Source: an uncultured Micavibrio sp.
GTDB lineage: Bacteria; Pseudomonadota; Alphaproteobacteria; Micavibrionales; UBA2020
Reading direction: 5' to 3'
Assembly: GCA_964575605.1 (NCBI GenBank)
Contig: CAZNRN010000019.1
Location: forward strand, 7,317 to 71,316
Length of the DNA: 64,000 bases
Shown here piece by piece: positions 34,602-44,374 of this stretch. The first letter of the stretch is position 1, and each line of letters opens with the position of its first letter. The position numbers and the translations under genes are program-made. Below the pieces are notes generated by a model, which saw only the letters and a list, made by a program, of their open reading frames with translations, was not told the origin of the DNA and ran no database searches.

Positions 34602-36349
34602 TGAACAGCGAGGTCGTCTTTACCGGTATCGGCGTTTCGCACGGCATTTCGTCCGGGCCCGGCTACCTCGTCCAGCTTGAAAAGCCCAGCGTCCCGCAGC
34701 GCAAGATAAATGCCGATGAAGTCACGCCCGAACAGCAGCGCTTTGAAAAGGCCGTCGCGCGCGTGCGGCAGGAACTGATCGACCTCAAGGAAAAGTCCCT
34801 CACCCTGCCCGAAACGGCGGTGGAGGAAGTGACGCTGCTGCTCGATGCGCATCTCGCCATGATCTCTGGCTCCCGCCTTGTGCGCGGCGCGCTGAAAAAA
34901 GTCGCGGATGAAAGCGTGAATGCCGAATGGGCGCTCGACCTTGTCATGCGCGACCTCGCCGACCAATTCCGCGCCCTGAAAGACAATTATATCGCCACGC
35001 GCATCGACGACGTCGAGGCGGTGGGCAACCGCCTGCTGCGCGCGCTGCTGGATTTGCCCTATATTTCGCTCGATTCCGTGCCGCCTGGCGGCATCGTGCT
35101 GGCGCGCGAGATTTCACCGGCCGATACCGCCCTGCTCGACCCGCGCCGTTTTGCGGGGCTGGCGACGGTGCATGGCGGCGCCGCCGGCCATACGGCGGTG
35201 ATGGCGCGCAGCCTTGGCCTTCCTGCCGTGCTGGGTGTGGATGCGGCGCTCTTACGCAACCATGTGCACGGCCATACGGTTATCATCGACGGCATCGAGG
35301 GTAAGGTTATTCTCAACCCCTCGCCCGAAACGCTGGCGGCCTATGAAGGCAAGCGATCACAGCTGCAACGCGACCGCGAAGCGCTCGACGCGCTGGCGGC
35401 CGAAGCTGCCGTTACGAAAGATGGCACCCAGGTGACACTCCGCGCCAACCTCGAAGTGCCGCGCGAGGCGGAAGCCATCAAAGCCTCCGGCGCCGAAGGC
35501 ATCGGCTTATATCGCACCGAATTCCTGTTCATGAACCGCTCGACCCTGCCGACCGAAGACGAACAGTTCGAGGCCATGGCCGACGTCATGCACCAGATGG
35601 AGGGCCAATCCGTCACATTCCGCACGCTCGATATCGGCGGTGACAAGCTGGCGAAATCGGTCGGCGAATACCTGGCCGATGCCGCCAACCCCGCGCTCGG
35701 CCTGCGCGCTATACGGTTGCAATTAAAAGAACAGCACCTGCTGAAAACCCAGTTCCGCGCCATCATCCGCGCGGCGGCGCTGGGGCCTGCCAAAATCCTG
35801 CTGCCCATGGTGACGACGGCGGAGGAGGTGGAGCAGGCGCGCCGCATCCTCAAAGCCTGTTACAAGGAATTGCAGGCCGAAAAAGCCGCGATACCCGCGC
35901 AGGCGCCGCCGCTCGGCACCATGATCGAAATTCCCGCGGCCGCACTCTCGGCCGACGGCCTGGCCGCAGTGTCGGATTTCTTCGCGCTCGGCACCAACGA
36001 CCTGACTCAGTACACCGTCGCGATCGACCGTGGCAACGACCAGGTGGCCGCGCTTTACAACCCGCTGAACCCCGCCGTGCTGCGCCTGATGGAATTCGCG
36101 ATCGAGGCCGCCAAGCGCATGGGCATCCCCATCAGCATCTGTGGCGAAATGGGGGCGGACCCGAAATACACCGCCCTGCTCCTCGGCCTCGGCATCCGCG
36201 AGTTCTCGGTCGGCTATGCCTCCCTCCCTCGCGTCAAGGAGCGGATTCGCACCATATCGCTGACGCAGGCCGAAGAACACGCAAGGCTGGTCATGAGCCA
36301 GTACGAACCTGCCAAAATAATCGCCTTGGTGAACCAGTTCCGCCCTTGA
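34598..36349 (+). CDS. ptsI: phosphoenolpyruvate--protein phosphotransferase (Enzyme I)
   Basis: GGAAGHTAVMARSLGLPAV (phospho-His), GIGLYRTEFLFM, IGTNDLTQY, CGEMG. Confidence 0.85.
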   Translation: MMNSEVVFTGIGVSHGISSGPGYLVQLEKPSVPQRKINADEVTPEQQRFEKAVARVRQELIDLKEKSLTLPETAVEEVTLLLDAHLAMISGSRLVRGALKKVADESVNAEWALDLVMRDLADQFRALKDNYIATRIDDVEAVGNRLLRALLDLPYISLDSVPPGGIVLAREISPADTALLDPRRFAGLATVHGGAAGHTAVMARSLGLPAVLGVDAALLRNHVHGHTVIIDGIEGKVILNPSPETLAAYEGKRSQLQRDREALDALAAEAAVTKDGTQVTLRANLEVPREAEAIKASGAEGIGLYRTEFLFMNRSTLPTEDEQFEAMADVMHQMEGQSVTFRTLDIGGDKLAKSVGEYLADAANPALGLRAIRLQLKEQHLLKTQFRAIIRAAALGPAKILLPMVTTAEEVEQARRILKACYKELQAEKAAIPAQAPPLGTMIEIPAAALSADGLAAVSDFFALGTNDLTQYTVAIDRGNDQVAALYNPLNPAVLRLMEFAIEAAKRMGIPISICGEMGADPKYTALLLGLGIREFSVGYASLPRVKERIRTISLTQAEEHARLVMSQYEPAKIIALVNQFRP

Positions 36350-36370
36350 TTTCAGCGACTTGGCCAATAA

Positions 36371-36399
36371 TTGACATAATGATACAGTGGCTTTATAGT
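36371..36399 (+). promoter_or_regulatory. sigma70-like promoter for ankyrin gene A5
   Basis: TTGACA (36371-36376), a 17-nt spacer, then TATAGT (36394-36399), about 27 nt upstream of the ORF start. Confidence 0.5.
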
Positions 36400-36425
36400 A
36401 GCTAAAAATTTACAAGGTAAACACG

Positions 36426-37175
36426 TTGGCCGCCGCCCAAAACTTCAGCTTGCCGGATAAAAAAGCCGTCTTTGACGCCGCGTCGAAGGGCGATGAAAGC
36501 GTTGTGTTGCGCCATATCGACGCCGGGCTTGACGTCAACGAACGCCTGGATCCATCCGCAAAAACCGCACTCATGCTGGCCGCGATGTTCGGGCATACGG
36601 CGTTGGTGCAAAAATTGCTGCAGCGGGGCGCAGACGTTCATGCGCAAGACGATGAAGGGTTCACTGCGTTTATGGTCGCGGCCCAATTCAACAATACAGC
36701 TGCTGCGGAATTGCTGCTTGATAAAGGCGCACAAATCGACCACGGCGCCGGCGATGGCGTGACGGCGCTGATGCTGGCGGCGGGGCGCGGTTTTGCGGAC
36801 GCGCTGGAGTTACTGTTGAAACGCGGCGCCAAGCACAACCTTGTCGACGAAAACGGCTGGAGCGCGTTGATGCATGCTGCCAACTTCGGTGATGAAGAGC
36901 CGGTAAGGGTGCTCCTGTCCCACGGCGCGGACGCTGCGGTTGTAGCGGCCGACGGCATAACCAGGGCCGACAAGCTGGCGCGGGATGGCGGGAACACCGA
37001 TTTGCAAAAGTCACTGGAAACGGAAATCGATCGCGTCCACAAGGCCGCCGAGGCGCGTAAGGCCAAAGACTGGGACGACCTGATTACCAGCAACACAGTA
37101 CTGCAGGAGGACATGAAAAGGCCGGCCTCCCTGCGGCTTAAAACCCCGAAAATCAATCGAAACCCCCGCTTTTAG
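36426..37175 (+). CDS. ankyrin-repeat protein (A5)
   Basis: TALMLAAMFGHTALVQKLLQRGADVHAQDDEGFTAFMVAAQFNNTAAAELLLDKGAQIDHGAGDGVTALMLAA... TTG start behind AAGGT. Confidence 0.8.
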   Translation: MAAAQNFSLPDKKAVFDAASKGDESVVLRHIDAGLDVNERLDPSAKTALMLAAMFGHTALVQKLLQRGADVHAQDDEGFTAFMVAAQFNNTAAAELLLDKGAQIDHGAGDGVTALMLAAGRGFADALELLLKRGAKHNLVDENGWSALMHAANFGDEEPVRVLLSHGADAAVVAADGITRADKLARDGGNTDLQKSLETEIDRVHKAAEARKAKDWDDLITSNTVLQEDMKRPASLRLKTPKINRNPRF

Positions 37176-37262
37176 CGGCATTTTGTCCAATAAAAGACTG
37201 GCATAATCCGGCTTCTTTGCTTATTTTAAGGTCAAATTATTAACCTTTTAAGGAGCAGGGCA

Positions 37263-38576
37263 ATGGCCGTGGCACAAGCAAAAACCGAAACGGGCGACTT
37301 CAAGGTAAAAGACATGTCGCTGGCCGACTGGGGCCGCAAGGAAATCGCGATCGCCGAAACCGAAATGCCCGGCCTGATGGCGCTGCGCGCGGAATACAAA
37401 GGCAAGAACCCGCTGAAGGGCGCCCGCATCGTCGGCTGCCTGCATATGACGATCCAGACCGCCGTGCTCATCGAAACGCTGGTCGACCTCGGCGCCGAAG
37501 TGCGCTGGTCGTCCTGCAACATCTTCTCGACCCAGGACCAGGCCGCTGCCGCAATCGCCGCCGTCGGCATCCCCGTCTTCGCCTGGAAAGGCATGAACGA
37601 GGAAGAATTCTGGTGGTGCATCGAGCAAACGCTGCGCGGCCCGAACGGCTGGGCGCCCAACATGATCCTCGACGATGGCGGCGACGTCACGCAGATCATG
37701 CACCAGAAATATCCCGAGATGCTGAAGAACGTTAAAGGCCTCTCCGAAGAAACCACCACGGGCGTCCACCGCCTCTACGACATGGAGAAAAAAGGCACGC
37801 TGAAGGTTCCCGCCATCAACGTGAACGATAGCGTCACCAAGTCGAAATTCGATAACCTCTACGGCTGCCGCGAAAGCCTCGTTGACGGCATCAAGCGCGC
37901 GACCGACGTGATGGTCGCGGGAAAAATTGCGGTCGTCTGCGGCTATGGCGACGTGGGCAAGGGTTCGGCGGCTTCGCTGCGTTCGCAGGGCGCCCGCGTG
38001 ATGGTCACCGAGATCGACCCCATCTGCGCGCTGCAGGCCGCGATGGAAGGCTATCAGGTCGTGACGATGGAAGACGCAGCGCCGCTGGGCGACATCTTTG
38101 TCACCGCCACCGGCAACGTCGACGTCATCACGCTGGACCACATGCGCCAGATGAAAGACCGTTCCATCGTCTGCAACATCGGCCACTTCGACAGCGAAAT
38201 CCAGATTGCCTCGCTCTCCAACTACAAATGGGAAGAAGTGAAGCCGCAGGTCGACGAAGTCATCTTCCCTGACGGCAAACGCCTGATCGTGCTGGCGAAG
38301 GGCCGCCTCGTGAACCTCGGCTGCGCGACCGGCCACCCGAGCTTTGTGATGTCGACCTCCTTCACCAACCAGGTGCTGGCGCAGATCGAGCTCTGGAACA
38401 ACCATTCCAAGTACCAGAACAAGGTCTATGTGCTGCCCAAGCACCTCGACGAGAAAGTGGCGCGCCTGCACCTCGAAAAACTCGGCGTGAAGCTGACCAA
38501 GCTTACGGAAAAACAGGCCGAATACCTCGACATCGATGCGACCGGCCCCTACAAGCCCGGCCACTACCGCTACTAA
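37263..38576 (+). CDS. ahcY: adenosylhomocysteinase
   Basis: [28 protein letters not shown]..., [13 protein letters not shown], and C-terminal YRY. Confidence 0.95.
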   Translation: MAVAQAKTETGDFKVKDMSLADWGRKEIAIAETEMPGLMALRAEYKGKNPLKGARIVGCLHMTIQTAVLIETLVDLGAEVRWSSCNIFSTQDQAAAAIAAVGIPVFAWKGMNEEEFWWCIEQTLRGPNGWAPNMILDDGGDVTQIMHQKYPEMLKNVKGLSEETTTGVHRLYDMEKKGTLKVPAINVNDSVTKSKFDNLYGCRESLVDGIKRATDVMVAGKIAVVCGYGDVGKGSAASLRSQGARVMVTEIDPICALQAAMEGYQVVTMEDAAPLGDIFVTATGNVDVITLDHMRQMKDRSIVCNIGHFDSEIQIASLSNYKWEEVKPQVDEVIFPDGKRLIVLAKGRLVNLGCATGHPSFVMSTSFTNQVLAQIELWNNHSKYQNKVYVLPKHLDEKVARLHLEKLGVKLTKLTEKQAEYLDIDATGPYKPGHYRY

Positions 38577-38598
38577 GCGGGCATTAAGCCTTTATTTT

Positions 38599-38634
38599 AA
38601 AACGCTTCCCTTGTTCACACGGGGGAAGCGTTTT
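38599..38634 (+). terminator. rho-independent terminator after ahcY
   Basis: aaaacgcttccc (38599-38610) pairs with gggaagcgtttt (38623-38634), a 12-bp perfect stem ending in a T-run. Lies only 12 nt before the divL-like GTG. Confidence 0.7.
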
Positions 38635-38645
38635 ACATTAAAAAG

Positions 38646-41018
38646 GTGAGCGCAGCAAACCCGCAAGACAAGGCCGACAGCAAGCCCCAGCCGTTTTTCA
38701 ACCGGCTGTTGGACGCGCTCATTCCCGCCCGGGCGGAGCGCAAGCGCCTCGCCCGCCAGAACGAGCGGCTGGAGGCGTTTTTACGCGCCATTCCCATCGA
38801 ATATTGCGGCTGGAACCAGGACGGCGTGCAGGCCATGTCACAGGGCTTTTCGGCCCTGATCGGCGTCAACACCATCGACAATATCCACGACCTTCAAACC
38901 GGCCTCACCCCCGGCGACGCCGCCGCGCTCGAGGGGCTCTACGACCGCCTGCAGCAATACGGTGAACACTTCGAGATTGCCGTGCATACCGCCACGGGCA
39001 AGCGCGCGCTGAAGATCTTCGGCAAACGCGGTGTGCTGCAGCAGGGCGGCGAGGTCTTCAGCGTCATCTGGGCGATGGATATCACCGATTTCGCTGTCGC
39101 CGCGACACGCGCGTCGGACGCTATTTCAGCCGTCGAAAAGCGCGAGCAGGAATTGCGCACCAATGCGAATGCGCTGCCGTTCCCCATCTGGGTGCGCAAC
39201 CACCGCCTCGACATCACCTGGTGCAACAAAGCATACGCAAAAGTCTGCGACGATACGGGCGCAGCCGTGGTGGCCGACCAGAAAGAACTGCCCATGACGG
39301 GCGCGAACAAGGCCGAGCTGACGCAGCGCGTATTGGCGCAGAAAGCGCTGGCGAAGCTGACCGCGCAGTCGATGCGTGGCCATATGATCGTGGAAGGCCA
39401 GCGCCGCCTGATCGAAATCGTCGAAATCCCGCTGCCGCAGGAAAAGCGCGTGGTGGGCGTGGCGATTGACGTCACGAAAGAAGAAGAGCTCTCGGCTTCC
39501 TACGACCGCCTCAACGCCTCGCACCGTGAATCGCTGGAACAGCTGCGCACCGCCATCGCCATGTTCGACGCCGACACGCGCCTCGAATTCTACAACTCCG
39601 CCTATGAACAGCTGACGGGCATGACGGGCAGCTGGCTCGATGCCAAGCCCAAGATGACGGAGATCATCGAAAAGATGCGCGAACTGCGCAAACTGCCCGA
39701 GCAGGCCGATTACAAGCAGTTCAAGCAGGCCTGGCTCAACCGTTTCACGTCATTGCTGGAACCTTACGAGGAAATGCAGTACCTGCCCGACGGCACGGTG
39801 ATGCGCATGATCGTCGTGCCGCGCCCCATGGGCGGCCTGCTGCTGACGCTCGAAGACGTGACCTCGCGCCTGCAACTGGAAACGTCCTACAACACCCTGA
39901 TCGCCGTGCAGGAAGAAACCATGGACAATCTGGCCGAGGGCATCGCCGTCTTCGGCGAGGATGGCCGCGTGCGCCTGTCAAACCAGGCCTTCGCCGCCAT
40001 GTGGAACATCCCCACGACCGAAATGCAGGGCACGCCGCATATCATGCAGCTGATCGAGCGCACGAAAGCATTCTTCGACGACGCCCATTGGCCGCAGATG
40101 AAGCAGGTCATCATGGCGAATGCGCTGGAAAGGGAACCCAGAAAAGGCCGCATCCAGCGTAACAACGGCACGGTGCTGGAATATTCCATCGTCCCGCTAC
40201 CCGATGGAAACATCCTGAACGCCTATTTCGACATTACCGACACCGTGAAGGTCGAACAGGCGCTGATGGAAAAGAATGCCGCGCTGGAAGAAGCCGAACG
40301 CCTCAAGACCGACTTTTTGGCAAACGTCTCGTACCAGCTGCGCACGCCGCTCAATGCCATCATGGGCTTCGCCGAAATGCTCAACCAGCAATACTTTGGC
40401 AAGCTGAACGAACGCCAGCTGGAATACACCACCAGCATGATCGAGGCGGGGCAGCGCCTGGTCTCGCTCGTCAACGACATCCTCGACCTCTCGACCATCG
40501 AGGCGGGATATTTGAAGCTCTACCCCTCTGAAGTGCGCGTAAAGGGCCTGATAGAACAGGTTGCGCACCTGACCGAAGAATGGGCGCGCAAACAGCGCCT
40601 CGACATCATCATCCAGTGCCCCGACGACCGTCTGGCCATTACCGCCGACGAACGCCGGATGAAACAGGTGCTGCTGAACCTGATTTCCAACGCCATCAAC
40701 TATTCCCCCAACGGCGGCCGCGTGACGATTTCGGCGCAGCGCGCGGGAGATTTCGTGCTGCTGGGGGTGCGCGACACTGGCATGGGTATCCCGCCGGAAG
40801 ATCTGGCGCGCGTCTTCACACCGTTTGAAAAAATCCAGTCCCGCAAGACGCAGCGGAGATCAGGCGCCGGCCTCGGCCTCGCGCTGGTGAAATCGATCGT
40901 CCAGCTGCACGGCGGCGACGTGGCCATCGAAAGCCGCGAGGGCGCGGGTACATTTGTGATTTGCAAGCTGCCGCTGCCCAAAGCCGAAGCCCTGCCGAAA
41001 ACGGAAACCGGCACTTAA
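38646..41018 (+). CDS. divL: DivL-type PAS sensor kinase homolog with Tyr replacing the phospho-acceptor His
   Basis: The H-box reads FLANVSYQLRTPLNAIMGF (TAC codon 40332-40334) instead of SHELRTPL. Multiple PAS-like segments. Intact N, G1 (DTGMGI) and G2 (GAGLGLALV) boxes. Confidence 0.6.
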   Translation: MSAANPQDKADSKPQPFFNRLLDALIPARAERKRLARQNERLEAFLRAIPIEYCGWNQDGVQAMSQGFSALIGVNTIDNIHDLQTGLTPGDAAALEGLYDRLQQYGEHFEIAVHTATGKRALKIFGKRGVLQQGGEVFSVIWAMDITDFAVAATRASDAISAVEKREQELRTNANALPFPIWVRNHRLDITWCNKAYAKVCDDTGAAVVADQKELPMTGANKAELTQRVLAQKALAKLTAQSMRGHMIVEGQRRLIEIVEIPLPQEKRVVGVAIDVTKEEELSASYDRLNASHRESLEQLRTAIAMFDADTRLEFYNSAYEQLTGMTGSWLDAKPKMTEIIEKMRELRKLPEQADYKQFKQAWLNRFTSLLEPYEEMQYLPDGTVMRMIVVPRPMGGLLLTLEDVTSRLQLETSYNTLIAVQEETMDNLAEGIAVFGEDGRVRLSNQAFAAMWNIPTTEMQGTPHIMQLIERTKAFFDDAHWPQMKQVIMANALEREPRKGRIQRNNGTVLEYSIVPLPDGNILNAYFDITDTVKVEQALMEKNAALEEAERLKTDFLANVSYQLRTPLNAIMGFAEMLNQQYFGKLNERQLEYTTSMIEAGQRLVSLVNDILDLSTIEAGYLKLYPSEVRVKGLIEQVAHLTEEWARKQRLDIIIQCPDDRLAITADERRMKQVLLNLISNAINYSPNGGRVTISAQRAGDFVLLGVRDTGMGIPPEDLARVFTPFEKIQSRKTQRRSGAGLGLALVKSIVQLHGGDVAIESREGAGTFVICKLPLPKAEALPKTETGT

Positions 41019-41036
41019 ACAAACCTTCAGATAAAG

Positions 41037-41072
41037 AAAAACCGGAAGGGCTTAAAGCCGCTTCCGGTTTTT
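41037..41072. terminator. bidirectional rho-independent terminator between divL and rne
   Basis: aaaaaccggaag...cttccggttttt, with an A-tract on one side and a T-tract on the other. Confidence 0.75.
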
Positions 41073-41091
41073 GCTTTAAGCGATATTGCGT

Positions 41092-43899
41092 TTATTCGGT
41101 CAGGCGCTTCCACCAGCCCTTGCGGTTTTTGCCGTCGCCGCTGTCGTCCGAGCCGCCTTCGTTGGCGGGTTCGGGCATCGAGGGGGCTTCCTGCGCCGCG
41201 CGGTGTTCGTGGCGCGGGGCGGGAGGGGCGTCGTAGTTCTGGGGCGTGTGCACGTTTTCACCGCCGCCGAAATCACCTGACGGCTGTCCGCCGCCCTGAT
41301 TGTCAAACGACTGGCCTTCGCCGCCCTGCTGGCCGCCATGGCGGTTGCCGTGGCGCTCGCCGCCGCGATGACGGTCGCGTCCGCGGCCACGTCCGCCGCG
41401 GCGTCTGCCGCCACGGTTACGGTCGCCGCGGCCTTCTCCACCCTGGCCGCCACCATGACGTTGACCGCCCTGATGGCCTTCGCCGCCCTCTGCGGGCTGG
41501 CCGCCTTCAGGCTGGAAGTGCTGGTCGTGGCCTTCGCCGCTCGCCTCGACAAAGCCGGGCTGTTCGGCGTCATGCGGGAAGGGTTGGCCCTCTCCGCCTT
41601 CGCCGCCCTGGTTGAAGTTGCGCTGGCCGCGGTCGTTGAAATTACGGTCGCCGTCGCGATGGCGTCCGCCACGGCGCCTGCCGCCGCGGCGTCCGCGCCT
41701 GCGGCCTCCGCGCTCGTCATCGGCAAAGCGGTCGCCGCCATGGCCACCTCCATGCCCGCCCCCATGTCCACCGCGGTCGCCGCGGCCTTCGCCGCGCCCG
41801 CCACCGTGGTGACGGTGCCTGCCGCCGCCGTGGCTGCCTTCTTCGCCGCCTTCGTCTTCAAAGCGGTTGTCGTCGGCGACGGTTGAATCGTCGGACAGCT
41901 GGTCGGCCGGGATTTCGGGCAGGTCGGACATATCGACGGTCTGGACCGGCGCCGGGCGGCGGGGGCGGTTGTCGCCCTGCTGCGCGGCCGTTTTCATGCC
42001 TTCGATCTGGAAGTTGGGCTTCACCAGCGTGTCGTCCACGCCGACCGAAACCTTCACATTATAGCGTTTTTCAAGCGCCGAGAGCATTTCGCGCTTGTGG
42101 TTGAAGAGGTAGATGGCAATCGCGGCCGGCGCCGTGATGCGGATTTCCGTTGATTTTCCGCGCATGCATTCTTCCTCGAGCGAGCGCAGGATCATCACGC
42201 CCGTCGTCTCGACAGTGCGCACCAGTCCAGCGCCGTTGCAATGCTTGCAGGTTTCGAAGTTTGTTTCGACCAGCGACGGGTGCAGGCGCTGGCGTGACAG
42301 CTCGAGCAACCCGAAGGCCGAGATACGGCCCAGCTGGATGCGCGCGCGGTCATGCTGCATAGCATCCCGGAGCCTCCGCTCCACGATGCGGTTGTTGCGC
42401 TTGTCTTCCATGTCGATGAAGTCGATGACGATCAAACCGCCCTGGTCGCGCAGGCGCAGCTGGCGGGCGATTTCCTCGGCGGCTTCAAGGTTGGTTTTCA
42501 GCGCCGTTTCCTCGATGTGGCGGCCCTTGGTAGCTCTGCCCGAGTTCACGTCGATGGAAACCATCGCCTCGGTCGGGTTGATGACGATATAGCCGCCCGA
42601 TTTCAGGTGCACGGTGGGGCTGTGGATTTCGTCGATCTGGCTTTCCACCTGGTAGCGGAAGAACAGCGGCATCGAGGGGTCGGTATAGTGCTGGATGCGC
42701 GAAGCGTGGCTCGGCATCAGCGTGCGCATGAAATCATGCGCCGTTTTATAGGCTTCTTCGCCCGCCACATGCACTTCGTCGATTTCGCGGCGGTAGAGGT
42801 CGCGGATCGCGCGCTTGATGAGGTTGCCTTCTTCGTAGATGAGGGCGGGCGCGGTCGATTTCAGCGTCAGTTCGCGGATCTGGTCCCAGAGGCGCAGGAG
42901 GTAGTCGAGGTCGCGCTTGATCTCGGCCGTCGTGCGGGCGACGCCCGCGGTGCGCAGGATCACCGACATGCCCTCGGGCACGTTCAGTTCGTGCAGGATT
43001 TTCTTCAGGCGCTGGCGGTCTTTCGCGTTGGAAACCTTGCGCGACACGCCGCCGCCACGGGGGCTGTTCGGCATCAGTACGCAATAGCGGCCGGGGAGCG
43101 AGATATAGGATGTGACGGCAGCACCCTTGTTGCCGCGCTCTTCCTTGGCGATCTGGATGAGCATGATCTGGTTGCGCTTGATCACTTCCTGGATTTTGTA
43201 GCGGCGCTTGATGGAAGAGCGGTAAGCGGGCTGTTCGACGACATCGCCGCCGACGACTTCGACGTCTTCTTTCTCGGGTGCGGGCTGCTCGCCGCCCTCG
43301 GCCGCGGGGGCGGCTTCCGCTGCGGGTGCAGCGGCTTCGGCTACGGGCTGTTCGTGCGCTGCGGGAGCGGCTTCAGCCGTTTCCTCTTCCTCGTCGTTAT
43401 CTTCTTCCGCTTCGGAGGTCACGCCGTCACGCGCGATTTCCTCGGCGATCGAGCCGGTGTGCTTCGGCACATATTCTTCGGATGCGGCGGCGTCTTCATC
43501 GTCGCCGTCTTCTTCGGGCGTTTCGTCGCCGTCGAAGTCTTCGATGCTTTCGCCTTGCGCTGCCAGTTCTGCTGCGTCTTCTTCGTCCTCGCGGGCGGCC
43601 TGTTCGGCGGCCAGCTGGCGTTCCTCGGCCAGCAGCGCCTCGCGGTCCTGCACGGGGATGCGGTAATAATCGGGATGGATTTCGGGGAAGGGCAGGAAGC
43701 CGTGGCGGTTTCCGCCGAAGTCGACGAAGGCGGCCTGCAGCGAGGGTTCGACCCTTGTCACCTTCACGAGATAGATGTTGCCTTTAAGTTGTTTGCGGAC
43801 GACCGTTTCGAAATCGTATTCGTCCAGACGGCTGCCCGAGACGACCGCGACCCTTGTTTCTTCGGGATGCGTGGCGTCGATCAGCATGCGCTTTGTCAT
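41092..43899 (-). CDS. rne: ribonuclease E
   Basis: MTKRMLIDATHPEETRVAVV..., KGAAVTSYISLPGRYCVLMPN, DFIDME, CxxCxG (CKHCNGAG). Has an acidic insertion in the S1 region and an Arg/Gly-rich tail. Start set at ATG 43899, not the track's 43941. Confidence 0.9.
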   Translation of the reverse strand: MTKRMLIDATHPEETRVAVVSGSRLDEYDFETVVRKQLKGNIYLVKVTRVEPSLQAAFVDFGGNRHGFLPFPEIHPDYYRIPVQDREALLAEERQLAAEQAAREDEEDAAELAAQGESIEDFDGDETPEEDGDDEDAAASEEYVPKHTGSIAEEIARDGVTSEAEEDNDEEEETAEAAPAAHEQPVAEAAAPAAEAAPAAEGGEQPAPEKEDVEVVGGDVVEQPAYRSSIKRRYKIQEVIKRNQIMLIQIAKEERGNKGAAVTSYISLPGRYCVLMPNSPRGGGVSRKVSNAKDRQRLKKILHELNVPEGMSVILRTAGVARTTAEIKRDLDYLLRLWDQIRELTLKSTAPALIYEEGNLIKRAIRDLYRREIDEVHVAGEEAYKTAHDFMRTLMPSHASRIQHYTDPSMPLFFRYQVESQIDEIHSPTVHLKSGGYIVINPTEAMVSIDVNSGRATKGRHIEETALKTNLEAAEEIARQLRLRDQGGLIVIDFIDMEDKRNNRIVERRLRDAMQHDRARIQLGRISAFGLLELSRQRLHPSLVETNFETCKHCNGAGLVRTVETTGVMILRSLEEECMRGKSTEIRITAPAAIAIYLFNHKREMLSALEKRYNVKVSVGVDDTLVKPNFQIEGMKTAAQQGDNRPRRPAPVQTVDMSDLPEIPADQLSDDSTVADDNRFEDEGGEEGSHGGGRHRHHGGGRGEGRGDRGGHGGGHGGGHGGDRFADDERGGRRRGRRGGRRRGGRHRDGDRNFNDRGQRNFNQGGEGGEGQPFPHDAEQPGFVEASGEGHDQHFQPEGGQPAEGGEGHQGGQRHGGGQGGEGRGDRNRGGRRRGGRGRGRDRHRGGERHGNRHGGQQGGEGQSFDNQGGGQPSGDFGGGENVHTPQNYDAPPAPRHEHRAAQEAPSMPEPANEGGSDDSGDGKNRKGWWKRLTE

Positions 43900-44374
43900 T
43901 GTATTCAGTTCCTTTACAGGCGCGACGCCATACATCCCCATGCGACAAAAGGGGATAAGGGCGCGCCGATGTTTTGAAGAAGGCTGTACGGTTCAGTTCT
44001 AGACCAGGCTTTGTCCCATCTGCCTTGCGGGAGAGAGCGTCCTTGAAGGGGAGGTAGACGCTGCTTTAATCACCGGTAGTCCAAGTAGCCTGTCACAATC
44101 ACCGTTGCCCGTTTAGGTACTGCCGCCAGCGGAAAAGTGGTTCCGGAGGGGAGGAGGTAAAACAGGCCAGACCTCAAAACTCGTTGACGTGACGCGCTTT
44201 CTCAACATGCAAAAAGCTATGGAAAAGCTACGTCTTTGTCGCATCTTCATTGTAGTCCCAACGGCACCGCGCACTCAATATATATTTGGAACTATTCTAA
44301 GATGCTGGAATCGCGATACTTATTGTTAAGCGCTGCCGCTTGCGGATATACTGTTTCAAAGGACAGCTGGGTTA
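43900..44374 (-). promoter_or_regulatory. long rne 5' leader/promoter region (candidate autoregulatory UTR)
   Basis: About 470 nt with no credible CDS between rne and the divergent amidase gene, of mixed composition with many short complementary stretches. The call rests on the analogy to RNase E autoregulation through its 5' UTR; it is not a fold. Confidence 0.35.

Noticed and set aside
37176-37262. Possible SAH riboswitch upstream of ahcY
   Set aside because: The leader is short and AT-rich, with no recognisable pseudoknot-forming GC helices. It looks like plain promoter and RBS sequence.
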